DNA of 59,152 nucleotides from Candidatus Yanofskybacteria bacterium RIFCSPHIGHO2_01_FULL_44_24 (GTDB lineage Bacteria; Patescibacteriota; Minisyncoccia; 2-02-FULL-40-12; GWA2-44-9): NCBI GenBank assembly GCA_001794215.1, contig MGJK01000018.1, positions 1 to 59,152 of the forward strand, read 5' to 3'. Shown piece by piece: positions 59,096 to 59,152 of this stretch (position 1 is its first letter; each line of letters starts with the position of its first letter). The notes under the pieces were generated by a model. It saw only the letters and a program-made list of their open reading frames with translations, ran no database searches and was not told where the DNA came from. The position numbers and the translations under genes were made by a program.

Positions 59096-59152
59096 GTTTT
59101 GAAGCTCGGATTATCCTGACGGTCTGGGGCACTTCTTTTTTATCTTGCCATT

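Noticed and set aside
1-59152. Diversity-generating retroelement, retron, prophage, IS element or integrase
   Set aside because: I saw no reverse-transcriptase (YxDD), transposase, integrase or phage structural motifs in any long ORF, and no template/variable repeat pair.
1-59152. Alternative genetic code (UGA recoding) as seen in some candidate phyla
   Set aside because: Conserved genes (mnmA, gpmI, rny, PBP1A, gltX, murA, mreB) are full length with standard stops, so the standard code fits.

Overview
Gene-dense bacterial chromosomal segment of about 60 CDS, roughly low-40s %GC by hand counts of sample stretches. No rRNA, CRISPR, transposase or integrase was seen. Recognisable housekeeping genes are mnmA, gpmI, rny, hup, an IDH/IPMDH-family dehydrogenase, PBP1A, priA, gltX, ndh-like, rpmA, rplI, ctp, mreB and murA. 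There is a peptidoglycan-remodelling/surface cluster at 1-6407 and a cell-envelope glycan cluster at 44993-54109 (GT2/GT4, LCP, O-antigen-ligase-like). The pilin-like two-helix module on a large surface protein, the many orphan proteins and the pervasive short repeats suggest a small-genome Patescibacteria/CPR-like organism; this is inference, not proven. The most unusual signals are not ordinary genes. (1) A canonical tRNA-Gly(UCC) is nested between the 5' and 3' halves of a second Gly-like tRNA whose anticodon arm is replaced by a 20-bp perfect palindrome. (2) That same palindrome behaves as a discrete insertion in another repeat. (3) A 24-bp perfect palindrome occurs 4 times with different, self-complementary flanks. 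(4) An intergenic repeat family carries a covarying hairpin. (5) AT-rich oligomer arrays sit in intergenic regions and are inserted in-frame into mnmA and several glycosyltransferases. Some are 7-, 14- or 32-bp tandem units that would frameshift if the copy number changed. (6) An overlapping three-gene orphan operon (19358-22762) contains a weak DarT/ADP-ribosyltransferase-like motif. (7) The PriA homolog has degenerate ATPase motifs. All functional calls rest on motif recognition by eye; no database search was run.
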